Shown piece after piece: positions 11,895 to 24,619 of a stretch of DNA of 64,000 nt (the first letter of the stretch is position 1; each line of letters starts with the position of its first letter). This stretch comes from Paecilomyces variotii (Eukaryota), in assembly GCA_004022145.1 (NCBI GenBank), contig RCNU01000021.1; one strand, given 5' to 3'. The translations under genes and the position numbers were made by a program. The notes beneath the pieces are model-generated. The model saw only the letters and a list, made by a program, of their open reading frames with translations. It was not told the DNA's origin and ran no database searches.

Positions 11895-12110
11895 AGAAGA
11901 GTTCGCCACAAGAGTTAATTGTCAGAAAGTTTCTTATCACAAATATGCATTATCAGTATAAGTGTCCTATATGCAAGTCTATATTACGGTCTATATTCAG
12001 ATTATGAGATTTGCTATACATACGACTTCTAACAGGTGGAGACATGCTCTCAGTCATGACCCGGTGAGCGACTCAGCCACCAATGGCTTAACTACGTGAA
12101 GCCCACTAAC

Positions 12111-13761
12111 TCATGCTTTTTTCCCATCCAGCTTGACTGGGAACTTCTCTCGAATCGCCTTGCCGTAAAGATTGAAAATTATGGGTGTGGGAACGAAAGC
12201 CAATGCTATGAAGCCCAGCAGCGAGTTTCCCCATCCAAGACCTAAGGACTCGAACAATTTGGGGCCAGCAAGTGGCAGCAGAGCACCCACCAACGAACGT
12301 GTAGCGGTCAATGTGGCATTTGCAGATGCCGCATATGCAGGGTAACAATCAATGACATATGTCTGAATGGGCAGATAGATACCCATCATGCCAATACCGA
12401 AAGGGGCCATTCCGATGATCGGCGCGATCCATTGTACATGCTTCGCGGCTGTCCAGCCGTACCAGAAGAAGCTGATTGGGAGGATGCACGAAAAGAAAAT
12501 CATAGTGGGAAGACGCATCTCCGGCTCGAATATACCTTTGTTTCGGGCAGTCAACTTCACCACAGCCTTGTCGTTAGTCATGGCAACGGCTGCGAGTCCA
12601 ATAAAGAATCCGACTCCAATACCCAGGTACGCGAGACCAGAAAGGCCAGTTGAGAAGCCGTATTGTTCTTCGAAGACAGATGTGATGGTTGTGAAGAACA
12701 GGTACAAGAGACCATAGACGAGGGACATGTATATGGAGAGAAGCAACACTATGGGCGACTTGCAGAGCAGTAGCATCGGACGCTTAAGTCCCAGCTCCAA
12801 GGTTTGAAGAGCGGATACTCCATCATCTTTATCGAGATCATATGCACTGCGGAGATCGGTTCTGTTCAATTGCTTTGCCATTTTTGCCGTCTTCCAACGC
12901 ATAAGGACGGGAGCATAGGTCTCCCGGTTGAGACATTCGATTCCAAACGCAAAGGCACCACTGATAATCAGTAGGATCCAGAACACCCAGCGCCAGCTGA
13001 GATCCTCTCCAACAAAGCCGCCGCAAATCGGCCCGACTACAGGTCCAATCAAGGGACCGACTCCCCAGATCGATGTGGCCATTCCACGTTGTTCGACAGG
13101 AAAAAGGTCCGCAATGACACCAGCTCCGAGCGTGATGCACCCGGCGCCACCGATTCCCGCAAAGAAGCGGAACACGACTAGGGACGCAATGTTTGGGGCA
13201 AGAGCACATCCGATCTGCCAGACAACGAAAAACCAGTTGGCAGCGCTGAGAACAACCCGACGCCCGTAGATCTCACTTAGGGGAGCTAAGAGTAGGGGAC
13301 CGAGCTATGACAGACATGTTAGTCAAGTTGATCATCATTTAATAGCCTCGAACAGGGGTCCGCAGAAGGAAACGCACCGCATATCCCAAGAGGTAAATGC
13401 TAACACTAAAGGAAAGCAATGTCTCGTTTGTGACGTGGAAATCCTCTGCCATGTAGCTCACTGCCGGGGCAAACATGCTGGATGCCAAAGGAGAGACCAA
13501 GGTCATAGCACTGACGAGGCCCAGCAAGCCATACTTTCGGGTCTTAGCAAAGTTCTGAGGGTTGGCAGGGTCATTCTGCCCATCCCATCCTATTATTCCG
13601 CATGAAAGGTCTTGTTCTGGGTAAAGCGCCTTCGCTGGGGCGTCACCGACGTCCGTGGTAGAGGAATTGTCCGGGTCGAAGTCTGCACGTGGTAGTTTTT
13701 CTTTTCGCTCTGATGGGAGTTCGTTGTTGGCTGCATGCCGTTGCTGCTCGAGGTCTTCCAT
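12111..13761 (-). CDS. MFS multidrug transporter (DHA1 family), 2 exons
   Basis: WDGQNDPANPQNF, APLSEIYGRR, FRFFAGIGG and PEMRL motifs. GT-AG intron at ~13306-13378. Confidence 0.92.
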
Positions 13762-14944
13762 CGTTCAATTCTGACCTTCTCTGGCCTATGCACGGTATCT
13801 TGGGTGTAAGTGGAGGTATGAGTTCAGGTGCAAAATCGTGGCAATGTCTAAAAAAATTTGAGACCTTGTAGTACCAGGGCAATCAAGCCACCCGCCGAAG
13901 AAAAGAAGAAATAAGGAGTTGGACGAAACGAGCGTAGGAAGTAGAGGAAGGAAGGAGATCCTCAGAACCGCACGCCATCGGAATAGCAAAGCCGATGGGA
14001 TGAAATATAAGTCTCGGCATCGGAGACGTCGCATGCAAAACAAGCTTGTTCCGACAACATAACAGCTGTATAAGCGCATAATATATGCTTATGCTGCGTT
14101 GATTCCTCCCGAATTTTGTGCCAATAACCGTAATACTCAGATACTTACTCTGCTCGTATCCTGAATTCGGATAAGCAAACGGAAGCGCTGATTCAGTGGC
14201 CCACTATTATGCGGTTTTGTCCAATAAGAACGGCATATCAGGGTGATTTTGGCCTCGCTGAGCTCAGCGCTCGCTCCACTTAGATAACTGGCATATGCAA
14301 TGCATTTCTCTAGATCTAACTATAATCCAGCCTATGCAAATACATATCCTACTCCCGCGATCGTATATGCTAGGATTATACTGCACCCTAAGACTTCCAT
14401 TCGATAATCGATCACTATTCCGCAGCCGTCCGAATATACAATAAACTTGAATTGGGGCTGGGCAGCAATGGGATTAGGGGGCATTATTTGAGCTTCTATA
14501 TCTAAAAGAGGCGATTGACCAGAATAGCCTTAGAATATCCTGTCTAAATATTTAGCTAGCCTTGTCTTGCGGACTTGCACATCTTCTACCTCTTTATGGT
14601 TCTTTTTATGACGCGGTCATGGGGAAAGACAAGAAGAAGGCCTCACGGTTATTTACGGCCAAGGCCCCCGAGTCTGACTCACAGGACAAGGATAATCAAG
14701 GGACTATCCTCGGTCTTGTTGCTAGGCGAAAAATGAACATTCTAATAGAATGCCACTCACCCTTATAGGACCTCGCGGCTGACATCAAACAAATATATAT
14801 CTTAACCTAGATTACGGTGAAATAGGACTTTCTCAGCCCATAGAGTTGTCGTCTGCCGCAGATCCCAGTTCAAGGTGCAACTTGATCAATTTATCTATAA
14901 TGTGTAGTAAAACTATTATTCTAAGTTGCTAATCCAAATCTTTG

Positions 14945-15466
14945 TTAAAAGGTGTTTGCATATTCCCCTAACATTTGCATAATCCGCTCGAAGTTGTCTT
15001 TTTTACCGTCTGTTGCATCAACTAACCCAGTAACGTAGTCCTTCCCCTTCACGCCTGTTCTGACAAATCCATCCACATTGGTAAGATCATGATGGAGAAA
15101 GCCAAAATAAGGACCAAGCGCAATGACAATAAAAGGCGTTTCACCTTTTTTCCTTCCTCCCATGGCCCTATTAGCTTGCCTCGCAGTATCTGCAATCTTC
15201 GCCCAATCACCACCCTCCTTTTTGCCTTCGTATAGCAACACGATCCGATGGTTGTTTTTCCCCAAGCCGTCGACCTTAAGAACCGCAAGGTCGGCATAAC
15301 CTTCGTCACCGGCACCAGCTGTTGTAACGAAGTGGTATTCGGGGACAACGAGAAACTTCGGAAAGGTGAAAGCGGTGCTAAGGAGGTAGTTCCAGACCCC
15401 ATTTGTTACGTCTTCAGTTTTCATGAGCCTCAAAGCCCTTTGTGCTGGGGTCTCCGTACTAGTCAT
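14945..15466 (-). CDS. Hypothetical protein with PD-(D/E)xK nuclease-like motif
   Basis: Intronless 173-codon ORF with VVPEY...GYADLAVL...VLLYEGKK. The first ATG is at 15466; the track start at 15472 is a GTG. Confidence 0.55.
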   Translation of the reverse strand: MTSTETPAQRALRLMKTEDVTNGVWNYLLSTAFTFPKFLVVPEYHFVTTAGAGDEGYADLAVLKVDGLGKNNHRIVLLYEGKKEGGDWAKIADTARQANRAMGGRKKGETPFIVIALGPYFGFLHHDLTNVDGFVRTGVKGKDYVTGLVDATDGKKDNFERIMQMLGEYANTF

Positions 15467-16352
15467 GTTCACTAGTGCTCGAGAGCTTTCTTTTGAAGAC
15501 TGTTGACCTTGGCGAAAGTTATTGTCAAGGGTTTAAAAGGTCGAGGTCTTGAGAGGGGACGAGAAGAATTAAAGGAAGGAGAAGTATCGAGCAAGTTTAT
15601 TACGGACGCCCAAGGCGAATATGACTCTAGATGACGAACGACAGTAAGTGCGGTTTTCATATGCCTTCTAACAGAGATCCATGGTCCAGATTCGCTCTAT
15701 GCAGCCACCATCCCTTGTACTACAACCTAATGTCACTCTTTAAACTCTTGCTTCGGTTTCCGAAGACATTGAACGTCTGCAAGATTATACCTGTTATACA
15801 GTTAAACAGCGTAATTAGGTTCTACATAACTTTAATCAATGTCTACAACACATTTACACGAGAAACTAGTTCCTTAAGCTTTAAATGCACAAACTGTATG
15901 TGGCATTTGCACTAGGTAATACAGTTTGCTAGTTAGTTGCGTCACAATGATAAATACTAACCAAATAAAACCCTTTAAGCTAGAAATACTAGCTAAAGCG
16001 AAAGTCAATTCGCCAATAAATAGTATCTGCAGAGCTAGTCCGACTAAGTACAGTATAATTTTACCGCAAGATACAATTAGCTGATAGAAAAACTGCATAA
16101 AGGTTTAGCATTTGGTCGTGATAAATATACCATAATTCACTAACTGATGCACTACTAGATCGCATCATTGCCTGATTATAGGATAGCAATAACTACTAAG
16201 AAATTCTCTGGTAAAAAGGGGCGGCTAGTAGAGACTACTGAAGGGGGGATTTAGTTAATATATACTTCTTGCTTACTATTCCTATAAATAGCATTATTAC
16301 AATAAGTCTGTTGATTAAGTGCTATATATCGTTATCTAGAGAAAGCAAATCT

Positions 16353-19300
16353 TTATCTATCCTCACTGAGCTTCTGCTGAACCATATCTGACAAACTCTG
16401 CAGTGTACTTGACGGACTTAGGACCTCTAGGAATGGGATATCGACCTTAAACACGCTGTAAAACCATGATCGGAACTCTGCAGCAATCATGCTGTCCATT
16501 CCGTATGAGGTGATCGACTTTGCTGTGTCGATCTTATCTTGTGTTAGCAGGAGCAGGTTGGAGAATCGCTTGCAGACGAGGTGCACTACGCCCTCGTTCA
16601 GGGTTGCCATGTTTACAGCCTCAGCACCCATCCCCTTCACAATAGCCGGGGGAAGTTCCTGGGCCCACGCGGCGCCTTGCGCACTCTGCACGGTCTGTTC
16701 CTCGCCCTTGGATGGGGATTGCAGTGCACAAGACAGGAGTAAGCACCGGGGATCCTGCATAGTGCCGTTGTTGACGTCGAAGCCCTGGTCAAGCAGTTTA
16801 CGGATACCATGGGGCTCGAGACCTGTTAGAATATGGGAGATCGCGAGGCGATCGTATTCGAGTCCTGGGACGGGGACCTTCTGCTCCTGAACACGATGCT
16901 GAGCAAGTGCAAGATCGAGTACCTGCAGAAATTCGGACTCATTCAGTGGCTGGATACCCTTACGCAACAGAAGAGCTTCAATTTCCGGGTTCTCATGCAG
17001 ATACCCGACCTCGGAAATCATGCCAAGGCCAATAGACACGATAGGCTTGCCAATGTTCTGTCTATATCTGGAAAAGGCGTCAAGAAAACCGTTCGCAGAA
17101 CAGTAGTTGCTCTCCGTGGCTGTGCCGACACTGCCGGATACAGAGGATGTGAGGACGAAGAAATCAAGCTGGTCGTCGCGGCCCTCAAGGGCTTCGTGCA
17201 AATTCCACGAACCACGCCACTTGGGCTGAATACCCGTATGCCACGCCTTGTGGGACATTCGGGAGAATAGTGCCTCATTCAGACCCATGGCTGCTTGGAT
17301 AACGCCTCCCACTGGCTTAGGGCAGGCCGTCATAGCAGCCTCAACTGCTTCCCTGTCCACAACATCACCACGCACAACCTGTACGATCGCACCAAGGCCG
17401 CGGAGGTTATCAACAAGTTCACGAGCTGCAGGCTTGTCGCATCCGGAGCGGCCTAAGAAGGTGAAATGGCGCGCACCCCGGATAAACATCCAACGACTTA
17501 GACTACGGCCCAGGCCTCCCAGGCATCCTACCAGAAGGTAAGACTTGTTCGCGTCAAAGGTGCTGAGATATTTGGCTGGAACAGCTTGGACAACGCTTTG
17601 TGGGTTTTCGAGAGATATGACCACTTTGCCGACACGGTTCTTCGTCGAGAAATAACGGTATGCTTGTGTTATCTCGGAGACGTCGAAGGTGGTGATGGGT
17701 ACCGGCTTGATCTTGCCAGCGCGATACAGTTCGAGCGCCTCTCCAAATTTACTATTTCGCGTTAGCATTAACTAGTCTTAGGCTGTATGGAGAGAGGCAT
17801 ACTTGATCAAGATATCACGATAGAACTTATTTTCGTGGTAGTAGAGTTCGGTCAAGTCGAAAGCAGTGAAGGTGACGTTGCGTAAGAAGACACGCATATC
17901 GAGCTTTCCTGCATCAACGATATCCCGCTTACCAACTTCGACGAACCGACCAAAATTGGCACAGCATTGCCACGTTGCATGAAGGAGATCACCTGTCAGC
18001 GAATTGACAACGACGTCCACACCACGTCCTTTAGTAGCAGTAAGTACGCCCTGGACGAACGAGTCATCGCGCGAGGCGAATATGTTCTCGCGTGGCACAT
18101 CCAACTCGTTAACGAGGTAGTCCTTCTTTTCCTCCGTGCTGACTGTGGTGTACACGATAGCGCCGCGCTGCTGGGCAATGGCGATAGCCGCAGAACCGAA
18201 GGCTCCAGCACCGGAGTGCACCAGGATTGTCTCGCCGGCTTTAAGGTGCGCACGATCATCAAGAGCATAGAGGGCTGTACTGTAGATTGCAGGCAGGGTT
18301 GGCATTACGTCAAATCGCTCGTTCGGCAACATCTTCAGACAAGCCCAAGCAGGCACTCGCTCTGTCGTGCGGAAATGATTAGGGGCTAGTACGACGACGC
18401 GGTCTCCAGGAGCCAGATGGATAACATCTTCGGCGACAGCTTGGATAACGCCGCTGAACTCGATGGCAGTGGTGCCCCTTCGAGTCTCGACCTTGCCCGA
18501 CAACGTGTAGATATCCTTTGCGTTAAGGCTAACGGCCTTGATATCAACGTCGACATAACCTGCGGGGAGAGAGGACTGCGTGAGTGGCTCTGCCTCCTGC
18601 TGGAAATAAATGGTATCTGTGATACCGACCCGTTTTATGGCTAGATGCGCGGGTGTCGCATTTTGCAGCGTCATCATCTCAACTTCCTGCCCCTCTCGCT
18701 GCTGGAACAGTCCGTTCAGAATAGGATCCGGTACAAATCGGCTGACATGAAGGAGGCTGTCGTGCAAGACGAACTCCTTGTCGCCCACCACATCCTCTTC
18801 GAAGCAAGTCTTCTCTACCTGAGTGCACACCGTAGGGTGTGCGTCTTCCTCGGCGCTAAGTGAGCCAATATCCAGCGTGACGAATCGCAGCGCTGGTTGC
18901 TCGAGCATCAACGCGCGTGAGAGGCCGTTGGCGAGGGTCAAATCTGGTGACGTGCCATTCAAAGTCGAGGCACCGGACAGCCAGATAAGGGTAATTGCGG
19001 TATCAGTGATGCGCCTCAGAAGTTCCATCTCTTCCTGTGTCATAGTGGGTAGGAACGGGGTTTCTATCTCGAGAAGGGAAATAATTATACTCGACTGGCC
19101 CCAGACCTTGTTCTCGGGAACGTCATTTAGGCGCATGTACTTCGTTCCTGTAACACCTGGCAACTTGGCCATGTGCTTTTGAAGCGCTATAGCGAGCTTG
19201 GAAGGTGTGGTAAGATTCTCGAGCAGAACAATCTCCTTACCGGACAGCTGGCCAGTAGACTGAGGCGCCACAGCAAAAGTCACGCCGGAGAACAGATCAA

Positions 19301-22300
19301 AGACACTGTATTTGGCCTTCGTAAGGACTTTGGAAGACACGTTATGATCGCGAGAGATAATGACCCCCTGCTCGTTGAGGATATCGGCTAGTTTCTGGGT
19401 AAAGAGAGAGATATTTGACTTCTCTTCGTGCGGCAGAAGCAGCACATCATACTTGGCCTTGGTCGCAGCCTCCCAGTCGACCTTGGTAGTGTCATTTGAC
19501 ATGATGGACAACTGTCCATTGTCCAGCAGAACACCAGTATCCCATACTCGCACACGGGGGAAGTCTGTGCTCTTATTAAGCAGATCTAGCCAACTTTTTG
19601 TTTTGCAGCTACATCCAGTACCCAGCTCTAGCACGCGAATGTTGGGGTTCTTGTGGCCAACAAGGTCTACCAGGGCCGAAATGACGCCAATCTTGACGTT
19701 CTCCGCCAGGGCGGGATGATCCCGCAGGAAGCGCATGATATACTTTTCCAGCGAGGTCTTGTCGGTATTGCTGTTGAGGCGGGCAATATCCGGCTTCCAC
19801 ACAACGCGTAGACACGGATGACGTCCCGTTTCTCCGGACTCGTCTCCTTTCTCCATCTGTCCAGTATACAGAGACAAGCGGACGCCACTCATGCTGATAA
19901 CAGGAGCACCAGCCTGATCCTTCAGTTCGGCGTTGATAGTCTTGGTGCCAAAGCCAGTACTCTCGGAGATCGAGTGAACCGATGAATCCAGATCCACCGT
20001 CTTGGGATTCGGCACAGCGATCTGACAGTGGTCCAAGAAGACAGGTAGGTAAGCCCGTAGACTGTCCAAGTTCCCAGCGGTTCCACCCATGATCGAGGCC
20101 TGGAGACAACTGTCGATTGTCAAAGGATGTACAGCGTAATACGTGCCAGGAAACTTGGATTGCGTTGTTCTGGGAACACGCTGCCGTAAGATTGTCGTGG
20201 AGAGGGCGGCCGGATTGGCGCGAGCACGGTCAGTCTCCATTGCTATAAGGGATTGGAAGGCCGGACCAAAGTTGAGACCTGCCTCAGCGAGTTTCTTGTA
20301 CCACGGGCCCATGCTCCATTTCTCATAATTAGATGTGTCTATAGGGGACATTATGCTGCATGTGGTCGCGGTTGACACCTTGATGTTTCCGGTGCAGTGA
20401 ACAACAGAGGTACCCTCCTGCATCGATGAGACGGAGAACTCATACCATGATTTGGACATCATCGCTTTCGAGATCTTTTCAGGCGCCATGACCGTGAAGA
20501 GCTCAGTTTGCTGCTGTTCATCCAACGAGACTGTCAAGGCCGAGGCGATGTTGACGTTGCGGACAGTGAAGCTTGGACGGGTCGTCTGTGACTCTGTGAT
20601 TCCTTGGATCTGGGAGATAGCTTCGATAGCCATAGCAATATATCCTGCGGCCGGGAAGACGACCTGGCTTTCTAGCTTGTGGTCTTCCAGCCAGGGTATC
20701 TCGTTGGGTTTCAAAATGTTACGCCAAACACGGTCGATACCGTTTCCAGCCGCCATCTCCGAGCCCAACAGCTCATGCCGGATGTGGCGACGGCTGCGCA
20801 GGTCGCTGCTCAATCTCGACTCCCGCCACAGGAGCTGGGTATAGCTCCAGTGGTATGGTGGTAGATTATGTATCACAGATAACTGTGACTCTGGGACGTC
20901 AATACCATTAACGCCTAAGAAGTCCAACTCATGTCCGCTGAGATAGAGGGCTCCAGCAAGAGTCTTGAGGCAGGTATCGGCATCTTTGCCTCTGACTAGA
21001 GAGGCGTTGTATGGCAGTTGCTCCTCTGACAACTTCAGGGACGTCCGGATCTGCTTGATGGGAAGCTGTAGAGCTGAGTGAGGACCAATCTCAACCAGAT
21101 GGTATTTGCCTGTTTCCAGGATGTTCTGCACAGCATCGTTAAATTGGACCGAGTTCTCGAGGTTCTTGCGCCAGTAGTCAGCTTCGAGGGCAGCGGTTGA
21201 GTTACCAGAATAGGATCTGGGACCATCACTGCCAACGCTGGAGAAAAGAGAGATAGATCCATCACTAAGCCTGTTACGCTCTAGTTCAACGGTGGGTAGC
21301 GAAGGCCAGGCCTTGCGGACGAGCTGCTCGTATTCATCTCCGATCTCCGCCATCATATAGGAGTGATATGCCTTGCCTCCAGTCTGCAGCCTGCGTGCAA
21401 ACACGCCGGACCGTTCGGCTTCCTTGTGAAGGATGTCGATACCATATATGCTTCCACTCACCGTTACACTTTCGGGAGAGTTGACACAGGCAATGACGAC
21501 CTTTCCTCCAAGTGAGAGCTCTTCGATAAACTTAGATGCCCGTCCAGGACCGGTTCCGAGAGCCAACATGGCACCTTCGGACGTAGCGTGGCTCACGGCT
21601 AGGCCACGATAGTATGCAACGACGATGGCTTGAGCTGCACTGATAAGACCGGCTGCGAAAGCAGCTGCGATCTCACCCGAAGAATGGCCAACAACAACAT
21701 TGGGGGTGATTCTCCAGGTGCGTAGAATTTCGACAATACCGATTTGGACTGCAGTGCAAAGGGGCTGGGAATACTGAGCTTCGGCAACTTTGCTTGAGGA
21801 AGCCGGTTCCATGAGCATGCTTTTGATGGACCAGGTGGGGGCGTCCGGGAGGTTCTGAAGGATGTGATCCAGATAATCGATCGTGACCTTGTAGATGGAG
21901 CTCTTCTTGAGTAGCTCCTTGCCCATCTCTGGCCACTGAGCTCCCTGTCCAGTGAAGATGAAACCTAGCTCATACTTGGGAATAGGCCTCTTCGCGGTTA
22001 CCAATGTCCCTTCGGTGACCAGCTGATTTTTCGCCTCCCTCGGGCTAGCAAGAACGTATCCCTTCTTGGAGAGATTGGAGCGTCGGTTCGCCAAGGTGTA
22101 ACACAGGTCACGGAAATCGTGTTTGTGAACGCTCAGGCTGGCTCCCAGATCCTTAACACGGGCTTCAAGAGCTTCTGCTGTCGATGCTGATAGTGGGAGC
22201 AGATATGTCTTTGTATAGTCCTCCAACCTGTCCTTTGAACTCCTTGCAGCTGTGAATCCGGGCAGTGCAGTCTCCACAGAGTCAATGATGGCATGCGCAT

Positions 22301-23911
22301 TGGCGCCGCCAAAGCCGAAGGAGTTGATACTAGCTCGATGGATAGGTGATGGCCAATTAGTAGCCTTGGTGACAATTTGCATGTTCCACTCATCCAGGTG
22401 CACTTTTTAACATTAGAATCTACATACGAACAAGAATTGAAAAGGAAGTATGACTTACGCTTTGGGTTGAGCTTGGTCAATCCTACTGTGGCCGGAATGG
22501 ACAGCTTTTCAAATGCAAGCACGCATTTGATGATGGCTGTGATCCCACTTGCGGCTTCACTGTGGCCGACATTGGTTTTGTTCTGCTTTCAGTCAGAGAA
22601 TATCCAATTATTAGAAGAAAGCTTTCCACATACAGCACCAATGAGTAGAGGATAGTGACGATCCGAGCCCTGGAAGACGCGGCTCAGACCTTCGACCTCC
22701 ATAGGGTCGCCAACAGCCGTTCCGGTACCGTGACATTCCACATAATCGGTATCCCGCACCGTGAGTCCAGCCATGCGATATGCCTTGCGAATAACCTCCT
22801 CCTGGCCCGAAACACTAGGCTGCGTTATACCAGATGTCTTTCCGTTTCTGTAATTATATCAATATCAAGCCTATTATGTACGAAGGAGACAGCCTTACGC
22901 ATTTATAGCGGTGCCCCGGATCACAGCGCGGATCGGGTCGCTATCTTTAATAGCAGCCGACAGCCTCTTGAGATATAACGCACTCACACCCTCAGCACGG
23001 CCGTATCCATCGGCACTCGCGTCAAACGTGTGGCATGTCGACGTAGGAGAGAGGACACCTCCCTTCGATGTACCTAGGTGCTGCTCAGGCCCCGTAATCA
23101 AGTTGGCACCAGCCACGATGGCACCATCACACTCGCCACTAATCAGAGCGCGCGCTGCATTGTGCAAACAGTAGATCGATGACGAGCAGGCGGTATCCAG
23201 GGTATAGCTAGGGCCGCGGAGGTCAAAAATGTAACTGACACGGTTGGAAAGGATAGCCGTGCACGAGCCAGTGGCACTATATCGATGCAGCGACTCAGGG
23301 TCGCGAGCCTGCATGGTCTGGAAATCGACAGTGAAGTTGCCGACATACACACCAATATTAGCTCCTGCAATGCCGGAGAGTGTGGCCCCAGAGCTCTCGA
23401 AGCATTCGTAGACAACCTCAAGCAGTTTACGCTGCTGAGGATCCATGTAGGTAGCTTCGAGATTGTTGATACCAAAGAAGGAATTCTCAAACTGTCTCGG
23501 GTCCTCCTGGAGAAAGTATCCCCCCTCTGTGTTCATCACGCCGGATCGGTCACCCTCTGGATGGAAGAAGCCGTCAACATTGAACCGTTCCTTTGGGACC
23601 TTGCATCGTCCGGTTCGCTCGTTCACAAGCATCTCCCAGAAGTCGTCGGGAGAGTTGACTCCACCAGGAAGTCGGCAGGCTTTACCATGTTAGCTGGATA
23701 AACGTGAATTCTATAGCAGTGACATACCCATGCCCACGATAACAACGGGATCGTAGTTCAGACCGTCCGTCTGGAGAGTTTTCGACAGAGAGGAGTCGGG
23801 AGTCATGGCGTCCCCCAGGGGCATAGCAGCAAAGCCATTAGGCTGCTTGACTGCAATGGGACGGTTAAGCCGTTCAAGTGGGCTACTCTCGGTCACTCCA
23901 ATTGATCCCAT
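16353..23911 (-). CDS. Highly reducing iterative polyketide synthase (KS-AT-DH-degenerate MT-ER-KR-ACP), SrdA/VirA/FogA-like; about 6 exons
   Basis: Starts MGSIG at 23911. KS: DTACSS, HGTGT, GHSE. AT: GHSSG, AYHS. DH: WLEDHKLESQVVFP, DSCLQ. ER: HSGAGAFG. KR: GCLGGLG, TATESNYC. ACP: YGMDS. No TE or R domain. GT-AG introns join the track ORFs. Confidence 0.95.
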
Positions 23912-24251
23912 GGTGAGTTTCGTGGTTTCAGATCTAAGACAGTGATGGACAATAAGAAGCCGAAGGCTAGTGTAGCAAAAGATCAAGTAGAGAACGTAGA
24001 GAGCTTTGTATAATCTAAATGATATATTGCCCCGGAGCACTCTGATAAATTATTCCATGAACTAAACTTAAAGGCTCTGATGGAGAGTTTATAGGTTATC
24101 CGAGCCCTTGAAAAATTGGTTTCGAGAATCCCACAACAGCTACACAGTATTATTTTTTTTTCTTTCTTTTTTTTTCGGGGAGGCTTATAGTAACGCATCT
24201 GCGTATTCAGACGCAACGCCACTGCAGAGGAAAACTAGAAATTTTCCACAA

Positions 24252-24350
24252 TGTCATCTGGGAGGCGGCAGGGATCGGCATCTGACATGACAGGCCTGAC
24301 AGTCAAAGTGTCAGATAGCTCGAGACAGTCTTACTATATTGTCATGTCAG
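24252..24350. promoter_or_regulatory. Cluster of CTGACA/TGTCAG motifs in the divergent PKS/SDR promoter
   Basis: CTGACA 24282, TGACAG 24288, CTGACAG 24296, TGTCAG 24309 and TGTCAG 24345. Confidence 0.55.
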
Positions 24351-24619
24351 AATACTGCCCGCTAACTCTTCACATGCTTATAGTTATTTCCAGCCAATGA
24401 AAACAATTCACTAAGTCTTATTTGCTCATTCTCTTTATGCGATGTTTCTTGGTGGTCAGTAGCTAGTCATAAACTCAGCCCAGCCGCATGCTTACGAATT
24501 TGTGATGAGATTCGGTTCATTCGCCCTGGCTTTTCTGTTCAATGATTAAAAAATTACAAAAGTAACAAATAAGCAAGTAACACGCAAATGTATAACTTTT
24601 CTCTATACGTTTGCAGATA

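Noticed and set aside
14562-14768. 68-aa ORF
   Set aside because: Non-ATG start, no recognisable motif, and located in degraded sequence.
16489-23701. Many short antisense or alternate-frame ORFs over the PKS (and over other genes)
   Set aside because: Shadow ORFs of real coding sequence.
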